Assembly (NCBI GenBank): GCA_054600435.1
Contig: BAAIJX010000002.1
Coordinates: forward strand, 558,001 to 622,000
Length of the DNA: 64,000 nucleotides
Direction: 5' to 3'
Source of the DNA: Neophaeotheca triangularis
Taxonomy: Eukaryota
Every line of letters begins with the position of its first letter. The first letter of the stretch is position 1. Below the pieces are notes generated by a model. That model made no database searches. It had not been told where the DNA came from and was given only the letters and a program-made list of their open reading frames with translations. This document shows positions 1-11,388 of this stretch, one piece after another. The position numbers and the translations under genes are program-made.

Positions 1-506
1 AGCCATCTTCTCGTCCTATGAATTGCCAAGCCTATAACCTGAGGCCGGACTCCAGGGCTCTTTCTGGGCGAGGTATGTATCTCTGCCATACAAAATTATC
101 TACATACATCGAACAGATTGGCACGAGGTGTGAACGTACTCGACGGCTCTAAGGAACTTGAATCCTCCAAGGTGATAGGATACTAATAGAGTCATTTAAC
201 TATTCCACGTTATATCCGGGCCGAGCATGGGCTTATCGATAAGTCTCCCGAGGTCCTCTTTGCGCGCCGCGCCCTTCCAAGTTCAGACCTTTAGCGTCGT
301 AGATCACCGCTGCTACATCGGAGTCTTTTTGCCTCTGATACCTTCCAAATTATTTATTAGTATCGTCCTTTTCCTAACGTGCCTCCACGGGCTCTTTCCA
401 TGGCCGCCATGAGCCTTGACGAGCCAACTTGATTACTATACCACTTTGTCTTTTGTTGCCATCTTTGGCATTTGTGACAAGCAACGCCAACTGTCCAGCA
501 GCAATA

Positions 507-2335
507 ATGGCCGATCCTGAGGTGAAGCTTCCTCCAGACCCGCTTAACAGTCAAGACACCAACGCGGACCCGGATATCACTCGCGAAGAGAGCAGGAAGG
601 CACCAAACAATGTACCATCACCTCGACTCAGTCATGACAGTCAAGGCGTCTCCCACAACAAGGAGATCGTTTGGCATTATCTCACCCATGAGACCGAGCT
701 GCCACCACCGGCGCGAGTTGCATTGAATGAGCAGCAATCTCCGCCTCCTGCGTGCCCCGATATGGGAAAATATACTTCTCCCTTCCTCTGGTCGGACAAA
801 CGCAAAACATTCATCACATGGCTTTCCTGTGCTGCTACGGTCGTGACGGCTTACACAGCTGGCTCTTATACCAGTGGCAGCGAGCAAATGTCTGCTGAGT
901 GGGGAGTTTCGACCGTGGCAATCAGTGTTGGAGTCACCATCTTCACATGCGGCTTTGCCATAGCACCCATGTTCTTGGCCCCGTTCTCCGAGATCAACGG
1001 ACGTAGACCAGTATTCGTCACCACTGGCATCCTGTTCGTCGTTTTCCAGCTGTGCTGTGCTGTGACTCGGTCCTATGGTGGCATGCTCATCTCGAGGTTT
1101 CTGGCCGGGTGCGCTAGCAGCACCTTCTCCACAATGGTAGGGGGTGTGGTCAGTGATATCTACCATGCCAACAATAGGAACACCGCAATGTCACTCTTCT
1201 CAGGCGCCGCGCTCTTCGGCACCGGCCTTGGCCCTCTGGTATCTGGCTTTATTGGCCAAAACACTACATGGCGATGGATCTTCAGATTACAGGTCATCAC
1301 ATGCGGATTGCTCATGGCTGCTGTCGTCATCTTCTTCCAAGAGACTCGCGGAAGCGTCTTGCTATCTCAGAAGGCCAAAACCTTGAACAAATGGTACGAT
1401 GACATGGAGTCGCACGGTTATCACGGCGTCCTCATGCCTACTGAAGAGGGTGAGAAAGCCTTGCCGCAGCGCGTACGCTGGAAAGTCAAGTCGGATGAAG
1501 AACGCGGCACCATTCTACAAATGATCAGGATCTCGCTCTATCGACCTTTCTATATGCTCTTCACGGAGCCTGTGGTCTTCTTCTTTAGCCTATGGGTCGC
1601 CTTCGCATGGGCTGTTTTGTATCTTACCTTCTCGGCAATTCCTGTGGTGTTCCAAACCAGCCACAGCTTTACCCTCCAGCAGACCGGCGCCGTATTTACC
1701 GCGTTGTGCGTGGCCAGTATCATTAGCACCATCATCAGCATTTACCAGGAGCGCGTGGCCCGCATGCTCTTACCTGACAGCCGTAAGCAAATATTCACGA
1801 CGCCCGAGGGACGACTTTACTTCGCTTGCATCCAGTCCGTCTTGCTTCCAATAGGATGCTTTTGGTTCGGATGGACTTCGTTTCCGAGTGTGCCGTGGAT
1901 AGTGCCTACTCTCGGTATTGGCTGTGCCACAATGGGAGTAAGTCGCAAGTAATATGTCTTGACAAAACGGTAACACTCACTGATGTTGATGGCCAGATCT
2001 TCTCAATCTACCTCGCAGTATTCAACTATCTTGCAGACTTCTACACCATCTACGCTTCGAGTGCTCTTGCGGCCCAGAGCTTTTGCAGAAACATGCTGGG
2101 AGGAGCATTTCCCACATTCACCCCCCAGATGTTCAGGGCTATGACCTTTCAGGGCGCTGGCAGTTTCTTAGGGTGAGTAGAGCAGTTCAAAAAGGCAAAA
2201 TACAATAGCATTCTCCCAACTGACGAGGAACCTAGGGGATTTGGCGCTCTGCTTACCATTGTACCTTGGGTACTGCTGTTCTTCGGCCCCAAAATCCGAG
2301 CTAGAAGTAATTTTGCGACTGGAACTATGAATTAA
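507..2335 (+). CDS. MFS multidrug/polyamine transporter (DHA1 family)
   Basis: Multi-TM ORF with LAPFSEINGRRP, WRWIF and LFTEP DHA1 motifs. Exons 507-1937, 1997-2172, 2236-2335 joined by GT-AG introns. Confidence 0.9.
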
Positions 2336-2512
2336 AAGTTACCTAAGGTTGCAAGAAGATAAGGTTGCAACAAAAACCATAACAGACGCTCCAAACCCAC
2401 AGCATCATCAAGCCCGGAAAGTCCCGCAAGCCCTGGCTCTCGATACCAAGCAACGTCACCCTCAACACAGTCCACTTATTCGCGGCTTGCCACCACTCAT
2501 CAACGCACCACC

Positions 2513-3913
2513 TTATCCGCCACCAGCACGCTTCCTCTTCTTGCCAGACGCTGCCGCATTGCCAGGGGGTCCCGAAAAGTAGGCTTTCTTGGCTTTGTCG
2601 ACAGCGGAAATGGCAATCGTCCTGCCATGGCCTGCCGAAGGGACCTTCCAAGCAGAAGGGTATTTGATGGTCTTGTCTTTTGACTTCTTGGCTCCGCTGA
2701 ACTTCTTCGCCACGGCCCCAATAGCGTTTGCAATAACACCTTGCTGCGAAGCGGCGGAATCCCCAGCGGCCTTGTCCTCGCCGGCTTGACCTGGGGAGCG
2801 GTTAGTTCCATGCGCCGTGTCAACAGTACCGGGTTACTTGCCTCTGGAAAGATCTTTATTAATCTCTGCGCTCAAGATCCTCTCCATGTAGGGTGTTTCA
2901 CCGAAAGAAAAGTAGGGTGGCATACGCCTGTGCCAGACTTCGGGTCCGGGCATAGTGTGGTGGAACGGGTTTTTCCCGCCGTCGGGGAGGTTCTCGGGGT
3001 TCGTCGAGGACTCGATTGGCCCTCTAGCAGCAGAAGGTGGAGCCGGCACTGCCGCCGTTGCTTTTTCTTTGTCGGCCTTGGTCGAAGCCTTTGCAGTCTT
3101 CGCGGGAGATTTGGCAGGCGACTTTCCTCTCTGTTGCCAGGTGGCTTGCTTGCTCTTTGGGCTTTGGTGAGACTTCCCCGGCGAGGTAGTCTTGTAGCCA
3201 GCGGCGGCCCGTTTGGGAGAAGCCAAAGCCAACTCGTCGACGTCCATCATTTCGACATCCTCGTCCTCAGCTGGGTGCGCTGCCTTCTTGCCTGAGCTTT
3301 TGGAGGGGCTCCGACGGGTGGCTTTCACGGGACTGACACTGCGTGCCCCGCGCGTCGTTTTTGCTGGGCTTTTGCTTGGGCTCCGCCTAGTTGGCGCAGA
3401 GCTTTTGGCAGGACTCGCCCGGGTTGCTTTGACGGGGCTCACACTTCGGGTACCCTTGGTCACTCTGTGGGCGGGTTTGGCTGGACTCTTTCCGGGGCTT
3501 CTGCGAACCGGGGAGTGTGCTTCGACAGTGGGATGAACATCCAAGTCATCTTCAGCAGTGGCCTTCTTGTTGGTTTTCGCGCTGGCTTTGCCTGGCGACC
3601 TTGGTGAGTCTGGCTGCTCTTCCTCAGAAGTCTCGTCGCCTTCCTCTCCGGTGTCCTTGTAAGGGGCGTTCTTCGGTGGCCTGCCTCTTTTAGCGGGAAT
3701 CTTGGCAGGGCTGTCCTCTTTCCTTGGACGTCCGCGACCACGAGCTGAAGCAGATGCTTTAGTCGGCGAGCCTCTGGTTGGCGATTGCTCTGGCTCTGGA
3801 GACTTGGTGGCTCTTTGCGCCAATCGGGGCGATTGGCGAGTTTTGTGCGGGCCCACGGAGGCTCTCCCGGCCTTCCCTTCTTTGGGCGTTGGAGCGGGTC
3901 TGGTTTTTGCCAT
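2513..3913 (-). CDS. Basic low-complexity protein with AT-hook motifs and SPxK repeats (putative chromatin/DNA-binding)
   Basis: RGRPRK and KRGRPPK AT-hooks and many SP[AGSV]K motifs. Exons 3913-2842 and 2790-2513 join in frame only through a GC-AG intron (2841-2791). Confidence 0.7.
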
Positions 3914-4129
3914 TACTGCGATAATTGTTGGGTATGGTGTGGAACAAGTCAAACGATGGAAACCCCGTCTGCGGCGAGGGGAAGGCTAGACTTACGGCAC
4001 TGAAGTGTAAACAATGGCGCGCAGTAATATTACACATGGAATGTGTCATGCAGCTTGCCGCAACACAAACAAAACAGATGAACAATGCGGAATGCATGTT
4101 GCATCTTCTCTTATGACTTACTAGTCGCT

Positions 4130-4147
4130 GGGGGGGGGGGGGGGGGG
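4130..4147 (+). repeat. Poly-G tract (18 G)
   Basis: Direct read; lies in the divergent intergenic region between the AT-hook gene and ATP16. Confidence 0.95.
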
Positions 4148-4589
4148 AAATGGAATGCAGACATAGCGCGTGGGCGAGAGATATGTTAAGTTTTAGTCTG
4201 GACATCAGGAATGCGTCTGTGATCATATGCTCAGACAGTCCCACAGAGTACATGGCGTAGAGGCATCTTTTCGTGGGCACCACACACGATCAAACATTTT
4301 TGTTAGACAGACAAGGCATGAGGTACTGTAACTTGAAAGGCTCCACAGGATCTGACCGCTTGCTTCGAAGTTAAGGGCCGCTGCCGTGTTTTCAACGGGC
4401 CCTTCCGTCGTCCAGCCATTAGCGTCAGCATCTACCTCTCGCTTTCTTCACGTGATCTTGATGCCAAGCCCGACCTCCTCCGCCGCAAGCTCAATCTCCT
4501 TGCTGAGGTGCACCACCACTTTGCGACTCGCCTTCCCGATTCGTGCCATTGAACCTACGACATTAAACCCTACCCCCTCGAAATCAACG

Positions 4590-5551
4590 ATGAACTCCCT
4601 CCGTGTTGCCCGCGCGGCGCTCAAGACTGCACCAGCGCTCCGAACTGGCTCCGCAGGCCTCGCAAAGAGAGGATACGCCGAAGTCGCCAACGACAAGATC
4701 CGCCTGAGCCTGGCACTGCCTCACCAGGTATGTTTATACTTCTAGTGGAGGATGGAGGACACGATTTGCCGTATATGATTTGGTGGAGTGGGGTGGCAGG
4801 GTTGCTGTACAGTTGGATCATGGCAGGACTGGGCGGGAACGGGAATGGCAAAGAGGAGGACTTCATGATACCGCAAATTAGAGCTTATGTGCTGACATTC
4901 GTGTGTGATAGTCTATCTACAAGAGCCAAGATGTGTAGGTTCCTACTGAAGGGGTAGCAGTGGAGCGCGATGCCAGCTGGGCTGCAGCGTTCATCAGACA
5001 CTGATACCTTTCTCAGTGTGCAAGTCAACATCGCGGCCGAGTCCGGTGAAATGGGCATTCTCGCCTCCCACGTTCCATCCATCGAGCAGTTGAAGCCCGG
5101 TCTTATCGAGATCATCGAGGAGCAGGGCGGCAGCAAGCAATTCTTCCGTATGTGGAAAAAGCCCCGTTGATTGAGGACCAATGCAGTCTGTTGGGACACG
5201 GGCAATGCTGACGGTGGGAATGTCCTAGTGTCTGGCGGTTTCGCGACTGTGCAGCCCAACTCTACCCTCAGCATCAACGCCGTTGAGGGCTACGCTCTCG
5301 AGGATTTTAGCGCCGAGTCTGTGAGGAACCAGATCGCCGAGGCGCAGAAGATTGCTGGTGGTAGCGGCAGTGAGCAGGACATTGCTGAGGCAAAGATTGA
5401 GCTTGAGGTATGTTTGCAAGACAAGGTCTACAGAGGACGACGAACGCGCGGCCTCTGGAGACCAGATACAGCCCCCTTCATCTTTGACCAACGAGTGTAT
5501 ATTAATATGATACTGCAGGTACTTGAGAGCTTGCAGGCTGCTCTGAAGTAG
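4590..5551 (+). CDS. ATP16: Mitochondrial F1 ATP synthase delta subunit
   Basis: Presequence followed by QVNIAAESGEMGILASHVP, SGGFATVQP and AEAKIELEVLESLQ. Exons 4590-4727, 4912-4934, 5017-5147, 5229-5407, 5519-5551. Confidence 0.96.
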
Positions 5552-5830
5552 GTTTCGCGAGACATTTTGTAAATATGTACTACACAACGAGATGATTCGC
5601 GCCTGCGCATGTTCAAATTTCGCTACGTTCGGCAGGAAGCAAGGTAACATCGCGCCTACTCGCCACCGCACTGAAGGCGCAAAGCGGATCTACAGCTTAT
5701 CGTTTCTCGAGTCTCATGTTTCCATCATTACATCCAAGAGTACAGGCTACGTACTCCAGCGCTGGTCGCATCATCATTCTTTCAATCCTTCATTGTCCGC
5801 ACGGTCAGGATCTGCTCCCTTCACAACTAC

Positions 5831-7220
5831 ATGAATACATTGTACAAATGCAAAGGCTGCTCATTTTCGATGCTCCCGCAAGACGGCACTGCATCCTCTG
5901 CGGCAGACTCTCAAGCTACCAAGCCTCGGTCGAAGTCTCGGCCGTCTCTAGTAAGGACAAAGCAGAGGCCTCGACAAACACGAAGCGTCTCGTTCGAACC
6001 TCTTGCAGACAACATGCGTGCGTCGTCGCCGGCGAGCATGGAGCTCAGAGACGCAAACAATGTGCAGGAGCCACCCCCGCTAGCCCCGAGACGCAGGACA
6101 CCTTCGATCGAAACGGTCGCTGCTCAAGGGAAACAAACACGAGCCTCCTCGAGGGACAACGTTGTTTCTGCGAAGGCTGCAACTTCGCCAAACACAAGCG
6201 CCGCGGCTTCTACAGCGACCCCGAGCATGCTTTCGGTTCCTTCGCAGGAACCACCCAAGCTGTCTGTGAAGCAGAGGATCGTCAGTGGCAAGGAGAGCGA
6301 TCTTGATTGAACCAAGTTGCTAACAGCATTGCTTACAGAAGCGAAAGTTTTCGAAACTGTCTATGAAGGTTGCAAAGGCAAGGGGGAGCTCTGCCCACCT
6401 GGCATATCCCTCGGCCTCGTCGGTAGCCTCAGAGGCTCGCAGCCAGAACACTAGTCACGATCGAGCTGTGCGCGATCCCTCGGCTGGCTTGACACCGATC
6501 AATGCAACACCACCCTCCGACTCGATTCCAAGTTCGACACGCACGAAGAAGAGCGTGAACAGTCTGCGATTTGCAGAGCCTCCGGCAACGCCCATCCCCG
6601 AAGCCTCCTACAGTCCGAGAAACTCTGTAGATCACTCCAACGATCTAGAATTACTTCCAACGATATCGCGAACGAGCTCGGGCGGCAGTTGGAGGGGTCA
6701 AGTGACTCGCAAGACCAGCATACCGATATCGATACGCAGTGTCTTCCGCCGCCGCGCAGACGACCAAACGAGCATTACAGACAGCGCATGGACCTCCAGG
6801 TCTTCTCTTCCCAGCCAGAGCCGGGTCTCGGTACGAGACTCACAGAAAGCCGAGCTTGCTGCCTCAGTGAGCGCACTAGAGCTGCACAGACAAATCAGCA
6901 GGGAGTGCGAGAGACAGAGCAACATGAGCGAAGAGGCTCTACCAGGCAGAAGCGAAATTGGAGGGGATCGCACTGTAGAAGGCCAACCTTCACAGGCTGT
7001 GGAGGCACCGGAACCTGTCGCGAAATATCCAGCCAAGACGGTCGCGGCACCTCTAATAACGCCAACGCCAGTACTACCTGCGGCTACATCTCCCCCTGTG
7101 GTCGAAGCGTTTTCAGCAGAGGAGAAGCAGCCGAACCGATCTGCATGGCGCGGTCGTTTGAGGGGCTTTTGGATGGGGTTACGGAAGACGTCCAAAAAGC
7201 GAAAAAGGGAGGCTACCTAG
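5831..7220 (+). CDS. Hypothetical S/P/R-rich protein; probably the N-terminal part of one gene that continues to 9220
   Basis: ORF 5831-6280 splices (GTCAGT, GCTAAC, TACAG; 6281-6338) into the frame of ORF 6363-7220. Confidence 0.5.
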
Positions 7221-9220
7221 GTGTCCAGGATCGCATAAAAGCACTGGAAGAAAAGGGTGCAAACTCGCCAATCTTGCCGCAGTCTGGCGCGATGAACCAG
7301 TTGATTCATTGTAGACCAGACAAGCCGCTTCCAGCCCGGCCAAGCGACGAAGTCAGCCTAGCGAGGCCTGTGTACCCTCTGCATGTGCGGCGTTTTGTTA
7401 GGAGGTCGAGCATGGCGACTTCCTCTAGCGCGGCCTTGCGACCGCGCACGCCTTTCAAGGTTCCAGAGCAACAGTCTCCTCCCACGTTGCATCATCCAGA
7501 ACCTGTGAGGACCCTACCGAGCATTCAGTCGATGGAGCCTGAACATCCGCCAACGCCGAGCTCGATCGCTCAAGCATACACGCCCCTCGATACTTCCCGT
7601 GGCGACAAGGACCCCTTGACAGTTCACGCTGGGTACGGCCGCCGTGTGACCCCAGCGTTTGCCGTTCGCCGTACCGCCCATCCGCACGAGCTCAGTAACA
7701 GCAAAAGTACCGGAGCACTAACGTCGACCGCGCAAGTAGGACCAGAGGTTGTGCTGGGAACAGCTGACCATTGTATACGGCACGGAAGGCGACCATGGAC
7801 TAAAACGGTGGCATTCTCAAACGACTACTGTCCCGATTGCCTAGCCGAGCTGAACATCAAGCACCGAGAGCGGCTAAGGAATGCCGATGGTACGGTGTTG
7901 CGTCCTACGACAGAGGGCCAAGTGCCGGTGGTTGAGCGGTCGCAGTCGAGCTCAGTGTGTAGCAACTCAGCGTTTGACACCTTGCCACCTCTTATTCGTG
8001 TCGCCTCGCAATGGATACAGCCGGGTGAAAGACACACCACAGAGCCTAAACAGCTCGTCGTTACCCGCGACTTAGGCGAGACTCTCGACACGCTGCTTGT
8101 AAAACATGACGGCAACCTCGACCGTATCGTCATGAACATCCGGAATGGCGATCCGACTAGAGCAAAACTTCGAAAACTGGCGCTTGACTTGCAGCGAGTT
8201 GCGCAGCTGATACTCGAGCACAATGCTTTGGGCAATACAGTGTCTGGCCCAGTCCACTCATTTAGGGATCCCGCAAAGGAAGCCGCCTGTCCCGGTGCCT
8301 CGTCATGCTCATATATCCCCGAATTGCTGGGCCTTATTGATGAGGTTTCTGATGGCTTCGCGCAATCTCTGGGTCACGATCACACAGCGTCACCGAGAGG
8401 CTGGCCTATAAATCCGACAGTAAGCGATAATCATCCAAGTGCTAGTTCTCAACCCGAAGAAAAGGTTTTCGAGGGTGATTTGCACTTCACCATGGTCACG
8501 CCAGGTCGTTCGCGGAGTGCATCAGGCGTGGAAGACGGCAGAGACAGGAAAGCCCACGACGTAGCCTTTGACATCAACCGTCCCTTGAGCAGTTCAAGTG
8601 CTGTTACACCTCCCGAAAGAACGGCATGGTCAGGAGATGGTGGTTCAGGACCTCGCGCGCATAGATTGACTCCGGAACCCACATCTGCCAGGCCATCTCC
8701 ATTGCGAGATCCGTCGCCTAGCTTTCTGAGCACTTCAAATCTCTCCCCACGCGATGTATCTCCGTTCGCAAGAGACCGCTACCGGGCTCCGAGGTCCGCT
8801 ATATCGCCGTACTGGTCATCACACGACGCTACCACCAACGTCGACGAGATCTTGAGACGCAGTTCAGCCACTCAGACAACTCCAGCGGGCTCAGCAACGA
8901 ACCCTGCAACCTACGGACCTAACCGTGTTAATCTTGCAACCACCCCTGGGCAACCCATTCATAACAATCTATCTCCAAGAAGGCCGTCTGGGCTTTCGGA
9001 GAGCCAACGGCCTTATCAGATGAACTCGCTGCACGCCACGCCCACAATTGAGGACGTCAGGGTGCAGCAGCAAATCATTCGGAACGCCATGAGGATGGAG
9101 ACGGAAAGTAAGTCCAAACAAGCGGCTGCATCTGAGAGGGAGAACAGAAGGCGGAGACTGGCGGCCGCTCAGGAGTCAAGAGCCAGGGTGGCAGCTAGGG
9201 ATGCGGTCATGGGTGACTGA
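7145..9220 (+). CDS. Hypothetical large disordered protein with HCxxH...CPDC putative Zn motif and C-terminal coiled coil
   Basis: Long ORF 6689-9220; first convincing protein-like segment begins near ATG 7145. True start uncertain (see frameshift finding). Confidence 0.6.
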   Translation: MARSFEGLLDGVTEDVQKAKKGGYLGVQDRIKALEEKGANSPILPQSGAMNQLIHCRPDKPLPARPSDEVSLARPVYPLHVRRFVRRSSMATSSSAALRPRTPFKVPEQQSPPTLHHPEPVRTLPSIQSMEPEHPPTPSSIAQAYTPLDTSRGDKDPLTVHAGYGRRVTPAFAVRRTAHPHELSNSKSTGALTSTAQVGPEVVLGTADHCIRHGRRPWTKTVAFSNDYCPDCLAELNIKHRERLRNADGTVLRPTTEGQVPVVERSQSSSVCSNSAFDTLPPLIRVASQWIQPGERHTTEPKQLVVTRDLGETLDTLLVKHDGNLDRIVMNIRNGDPTRAKLRKLALDLQRVAQLILEHNALGNTVSGPVHSFRDPAKEAACPGASSCSYIPELLGLIDEVSDGFAQSLGHDHTASPRGWPINPTVSDNHPSASSQPEEKVFEGDLHFTMVTPGRSRSASGVEDGRDRKAHDVAFDINRPLSSSSAVTPPERTAWSGDGGSGPRAHRLTPEPTSARPSPLRDPSPSFLSTSNLSPRDVSPFARDRYRAPRSAISPYWSSHDATTNVDEILRRSSATQTTPAGSATNPATYGPNRVNLATTPGQPIHNNLSPRRPSGLSESQRPYQMNSLHATPTIEDVRVQQQIIRNAMRMETESKSKQAAASERENRRRRLAAAQESRARVAARDAVMGD

Positions 9221-9323
9221 CCTTGGAAACCTACGTTCTCACTCTATGAGTACCTAAGCTAATGTCTATCGTATCGATTCGCGATGCGCAGCCTTTGGTT
9301 TCTTGCGTCCTACACTTGTAACT

Positions 9324-10571
9324 CTATACCCACACGGCGATCAGCGCCATCAGCAAAGCCCCGAGCAGAACAGCAAGACATGCTACTAGACGCCTCCATC
9401 CCGCCAGCCTCCTATAACTCTGCTCGCATGTCAAGTCCTCCGCCAGCAACTGCACCATACCCGCATACAACAGCAAACCCGCGCTGATTGCATTGAAGAA
9501 GCCCACAAGCAACAGCCCCATTTCACCATCCTGATGATACGACCCATGCACACCCAGCCCAATGGCGATGCCCGTAGGCGCAGTGATACCGTAGCCCAGA
9601 CTCATGAGCCAGGGTCTAAAACTCTTGGGCCTGAACGACGGGATCGAAGCTATGCGCGAGCCCAGGGCGAGGCCTTCGAAGATTTGGTGGAAGCAGATGG
9701 CGATGATCAACACGACCCAGGTGTTGCCGGTGCTGAAGGCGATCTGTAGGTTGGTTTGATTAGCTTTTTGGGGCGTTTTGTGGATGAGAGGCTGTCGAGG
9801 CGATGGCTTTACCGAGATTCCTATGAAGATGGAGTGGAACAGGATGCCGACTTCTAGTAGCAGGCATTGGAGAATTCGGCGTTGTTCGTTGGCTTGGGAG
9901 GCTATGGTTTCAGTGTCGGCTGTGGCTTTTGCGGAATCTTGGTTGGTATGAGAGCTGGTTCTTTTTGCGGCAACGGCTGCTGGCGGACAAGACTCGTCGT
10001 CCGCGGCTGGTTGGAGATTGCGCTGTCGGTCGCTGAGGGAACTGGATTCGCTCTGGCTCTTCGCCCATTGCATTGCTTCTCCATTGCTGAGATTTGGCTG
10101 AGCAGAGCTCGCAGCTTCGGCGGCTCCCTGCTCGACGTCTAGGCAGCCATCGCATTCCCGCTGGCCAATCTCAATGGCATGGCAATGCTTCAAACCGTGT
10201 GTGACAAAGGTCATCTCGATGGCCACGAGTACCAAGACGGCCATCATAGCGATGAAGCCGGGGATGGCAGGATAGCCTTGGTTGAAGAACGGGGGGAGAC
10301 ACGGATCGCCGAGTTTTTTGTAGGCCGTGGTGAGAAGATGGCAGAAGGCCGTTGCTAGGATGACGCCGGTACCAAAGTGTCGACTGATGAACAGCGCCAG
10401 CGTGGGAATGCGCAAGTGAGGAAAGCGTCTCATGATGCTCGGGAAGGAGCTGGCTAGAGTGCCGACTGTCAGGAGTAGGAAGATGCCGAAGATTTGCAGG
10501 CCGGTGTTGTAGTCGTCTGCCTGCTCGTCCGAGCCGCATTGGGGGCGGTCCTCTGCCTGGCGTTTTAGCAT
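9324..10571 (-). CDS. ZIP-family zinc/iron permease (ZRT-like)
   Basis: HFGTGVILATAFCHL, LEVGILFHS and FHQIFEGLALG motifs. One in-frame 69-nt intron at 9812-9744. Confidence 0.93.
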   Translation of the reverse strand: MLKRQAEDRPQCGSDEQADDYNTGLQIFGIFLLLTVGTLASSFPSIMRRFPHLRIPTLALFISRHFGTGVILATAFCHLLTTAYKKLGDPCLPPFFNQGYPAIPGFIAMMAVLVLVAIEMTFVTHGLKHCHAIEIGQRECDGCLDVEQGAAEAASSAQPNLSNGEAMQWAKSQSESSSLSDRQRNLQPAADDESCPPAAVAAKRTSSHTNQDSAKATADTETIASQANEQRRILQCLLLEVGILFHSIFIGISVKPSPRQPLIHKTPQKANQTNLQIAFSTGNTWVVLIIAICFHQIFEGLALGSRIASIPSFRPKSFRPWLMSLGYGITAPTGIAIGLGVHGSYHQDGEMGLLLVGFFNAISAGLLLYAGMVQLLAEDLTCEQSYRRLAGWRRLVACLAVLLGALLMALIAVWV

Positions 10572-10707
10572 TTTGGAGGGAATGACAATGTATCTCGTAT
10601 GGCCTTGAGACTCAATGGAAATGTTCGGGACTACACAGAGAGAAATATCAATCGATGGCGGTCAAGGAGGAAAGATGCTGTTACCTTATAAACATCTACA
10701 CTTCTTA

Positions 10708-10829
10708 CCATCAAGGTGTATGTAAGATTGATACAATCAGGCATACAGCAGGTAAATAGGTAGTAGGTAAAGTTGCATGTTCGCCGTGGAAAGTAATAAT
10801 GAACAATGAGTGGACGGTGCCATCAAGGT
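10708..10829. promoter_or_regulatory. Two CCATCAAGGT copies; candidate ZafA/Zap1-type zinc-response elements
   Basis: Identical 10-mers at 10708-10717 and 10820-10829, upstream of the ZIP gene. CAAGGT is the known ZafA core. Confidence 0.55.
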
Positions 10830-11388
10830 ATCCAGTCTAGGTAGCAATGGCCGAATTTTTCTGATAGCCCTGGGCTGGTATCGAGACTTTTACAAACGAG
10901 GTCATGGAGTCATGTTCATGTTCATGTTCAGCCGGAGAGTAGACTCGTTGTCCCTTTGTCTTTTGATTGCCAGTCGTCGGTGGAGGTATACTACTAATAC
11001 TACTATCCAGGAGTAGAAGATGGATCGAAAGCTTGGTCAAAGCTTGGCGCCGAACCCTGACTCCTGAGGTGAGGTTACTACTGAGGTCCACTAGTAACAA
11101 CCCTCAGACGATATCTATATCCGCAACGTTTACGCGTCCTTTGACCTCCTTGGACACGGCTTCAACGGCTGCCTTCAAGGCCTCATTCGGGTCTCATTAT
11201 CGCGAAGCGTCATCACCATGTTCCGCTGCATTACGACCTGCGCCCCTTTCGCTTCCTCCCTCCCTTGAGCAGCCGCCCATGTGCTTGTTCCCTGCGTAGC
11301 ATGAATTAACTTAAAACGCCGACCCTCCAAAACCACATCCTTCAACTCATATCCTTGGAAAGTAGTTAGGAATCGCATCGGCGACAGT

